64,000 nt of DNA from Eledone cirrhosa (lineage: Eukaryota). The stretch lies in the NCBI GenBank assembly GCA_964016885.1, contig OZ024749.1, forward strand, positions 32,240,001 through 32,304,000, written 5' to 3'. Within the stretch, counting starts at the first letter, position 1; every line of letters begins with the position of its first letter. The notes under the pieces are model-generated. The model was not told where the DNA came from, did no database searches, and was given only the letters and a program-made list of their open reading frames with translations. Position numbers and translations under genes: made by a program. This document shows positions 62,723-64,000 of the stretch, one piece after another.

Positions 62723-63361
62723 ACCTTGCAATCGAAAGGTTGTGAGTTCAATTCTCAGGCCGGGTGATGTGTTGTTTCCTTGAGCAAGACACTTTATTTC
62801 ACATTGCTCCAGTTTACTCAGCTGTAGAAATGAGATGATAGGGACAGGGGTCCATATCAATCCACTGCAAAGTGGTCGTGGAGATGCCACAGCAAAAAAG
62901 CACCCAGCACTCACTGTAAAGTGGTCGTGGAGATGCCACAGTAAAAAAGCACCCAGCACTCACTGTAAAGTGGTCGTGGAGGTGCCCCAGCAAAAAAGTA
63001 CCCAGCACTCACTGTAAAGTGGTCGTGGAGGTGCCATGGAAAAAAAGCACCCAGCACTCACTGTAAAGTGGTCGTGGAAGCACCCAGCACTCACTGTAAA
63101 GTGGTCGTGGAGGTGCCACGAAAAAAAAGCACCCGGCACTCACTGTAAAGTGGTCGTGGAGGTGCTACGAAAAAAAGCACCCAGCACTCACTGTAAAGTG
63201 GTCGTGAAGGTGGCACGGAAAAAAAAGCACCCAACACTCACTGTAAATGGGGTTGGTGTTAGGAAGGGCATCCAGCTATAGAAATCAAGCCAGAATCAGT
63301 TCCCGTCCCACCCTTGCAAGCAGGGAAAAGCGGACGTAAAATGATGATGATGATGATGATG
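62723..63361 (+). mobile_element. Family B SINE with an internal tandem expansion (about 49-bp unit, about 8 copies)
   Basis: aagtggtcgtggaggtgccac..aaaaaagcacccagcactcactgta repeated 62870-63247. Confidence 0.85.
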
Positions 63362-63455
63362 CCAGTGTGGAAAAAGTGATGATGATGTTGATGATGATAC
63401 ATATGATGATGATGATGATATATACATATATTAATTATTTTATTTTATTTTACAG

Positions 63456-63583
63456 TCATTATTCGAAGGCTTCCTTCTCATGTTTTATAACATTACTTTC
63501 ACCTCATTACCAATCTTCATCTATGGCCTCTTTGAGAAAGACGTCAACTCTTATGAACTGATAAACACTCCAACAATTTACAG
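63456..63583 (+). CDS. ATP11: ATP11-like exon: SLFEGFLLMFYNITFTSLPIFIYGLFEKD...PTIY(R) (TM6)
   Basis: tttacag| ... |gtactt, 128 nt; YN..FTSLP motif. Confidence 0.93.
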
Positions 63584-63599
63584 GTACTTTACTTTAATT

Positions 63600-64000
63600 T
63601 ACTTTTAACTTGAAACCCCAGGGTTGCTGGGAGACAGCGTACCAAGATGCTGATGTACACCATCTCTATTATTGCATTTAACTTTACCCTTGAAACCCCA
63701 GGGTTGTTGGGGCTACTGTACCGAGGTGGAGCAGTGTATGACCTCGCCTTTCAATTTACCATCTCTGTTGCTTCACTTCTCTCTTTTAACTTGAAACCCC
63801 TGGGTTTTGGGGGTTACTGTACCGAGGTGGAGCAGTGTATGACCTCGCCTTTCAATGTACCATCTCTGTTGCTTCACTTCTCTCTTTTAACTTGAGACCC
63901 CTAGGTTTTGGGGGTTACTGTACCAAGGTGGAGCAGTGTATACCCTCACCATTTGGTGTACTCTCTTTGTTGCTTCATTTCACTTTTCCCTTTTACCTTG
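63600..64000. repeat. Degenerate tandem repeat, about 85-100-bp unit x4
   Basis: ttgaaacccc.gggtt.tgggg...tactgtaccgaggtggagcagtgta. Confidence 0.8.

Overview
Repeat-rich animal genomic DNA. The SINE/LINE content and microsatellite load look like a coleoid cephalopod, probably octopus (inference). From 24.1 to 63.6 kb on the + strand I traced 20 GT-AG exons that join in phase into about 847 uninterrupted codons of an ATP11-type P4-ATPase phospholipid flippase (DGET, PISL, DKTGT, TGDK and GDGAND motifs). The N-terminal exons were not found in the first 24 kb, and the C-terminal exons lie beyond the window. The first 22 kb is almost entirely micro- and minisatellite plus one RTE LINE. The introns carry RTE LINEs with an in-frame PHD finger, R4/Dong-like, CR1 and Penelope fragments, Meta- and CORE-type tRNA SINEs, mariner/piggyBac/hAT-type elements and a 5S rRNA-like copy. 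Notable unannotated structure: (1) ten type I hammerhead-ribozyme motifs of the Penelope-associated kind in the introns, five on the pre-mRNA strand and two pairs inside long inverted repeats; (2) a 14-copy tandem array of an exon's own 5' splice donor, two extra copies being in frame; (3) an exon acceptor apparently separated from its pyrimidine tract by about 1.6 kb of nested retroelements; (4) a covarying 3' stem-loop shared by the RTE LINEs and SINEs. Most ORFs in the supplied track are artefacts of simple repeats.
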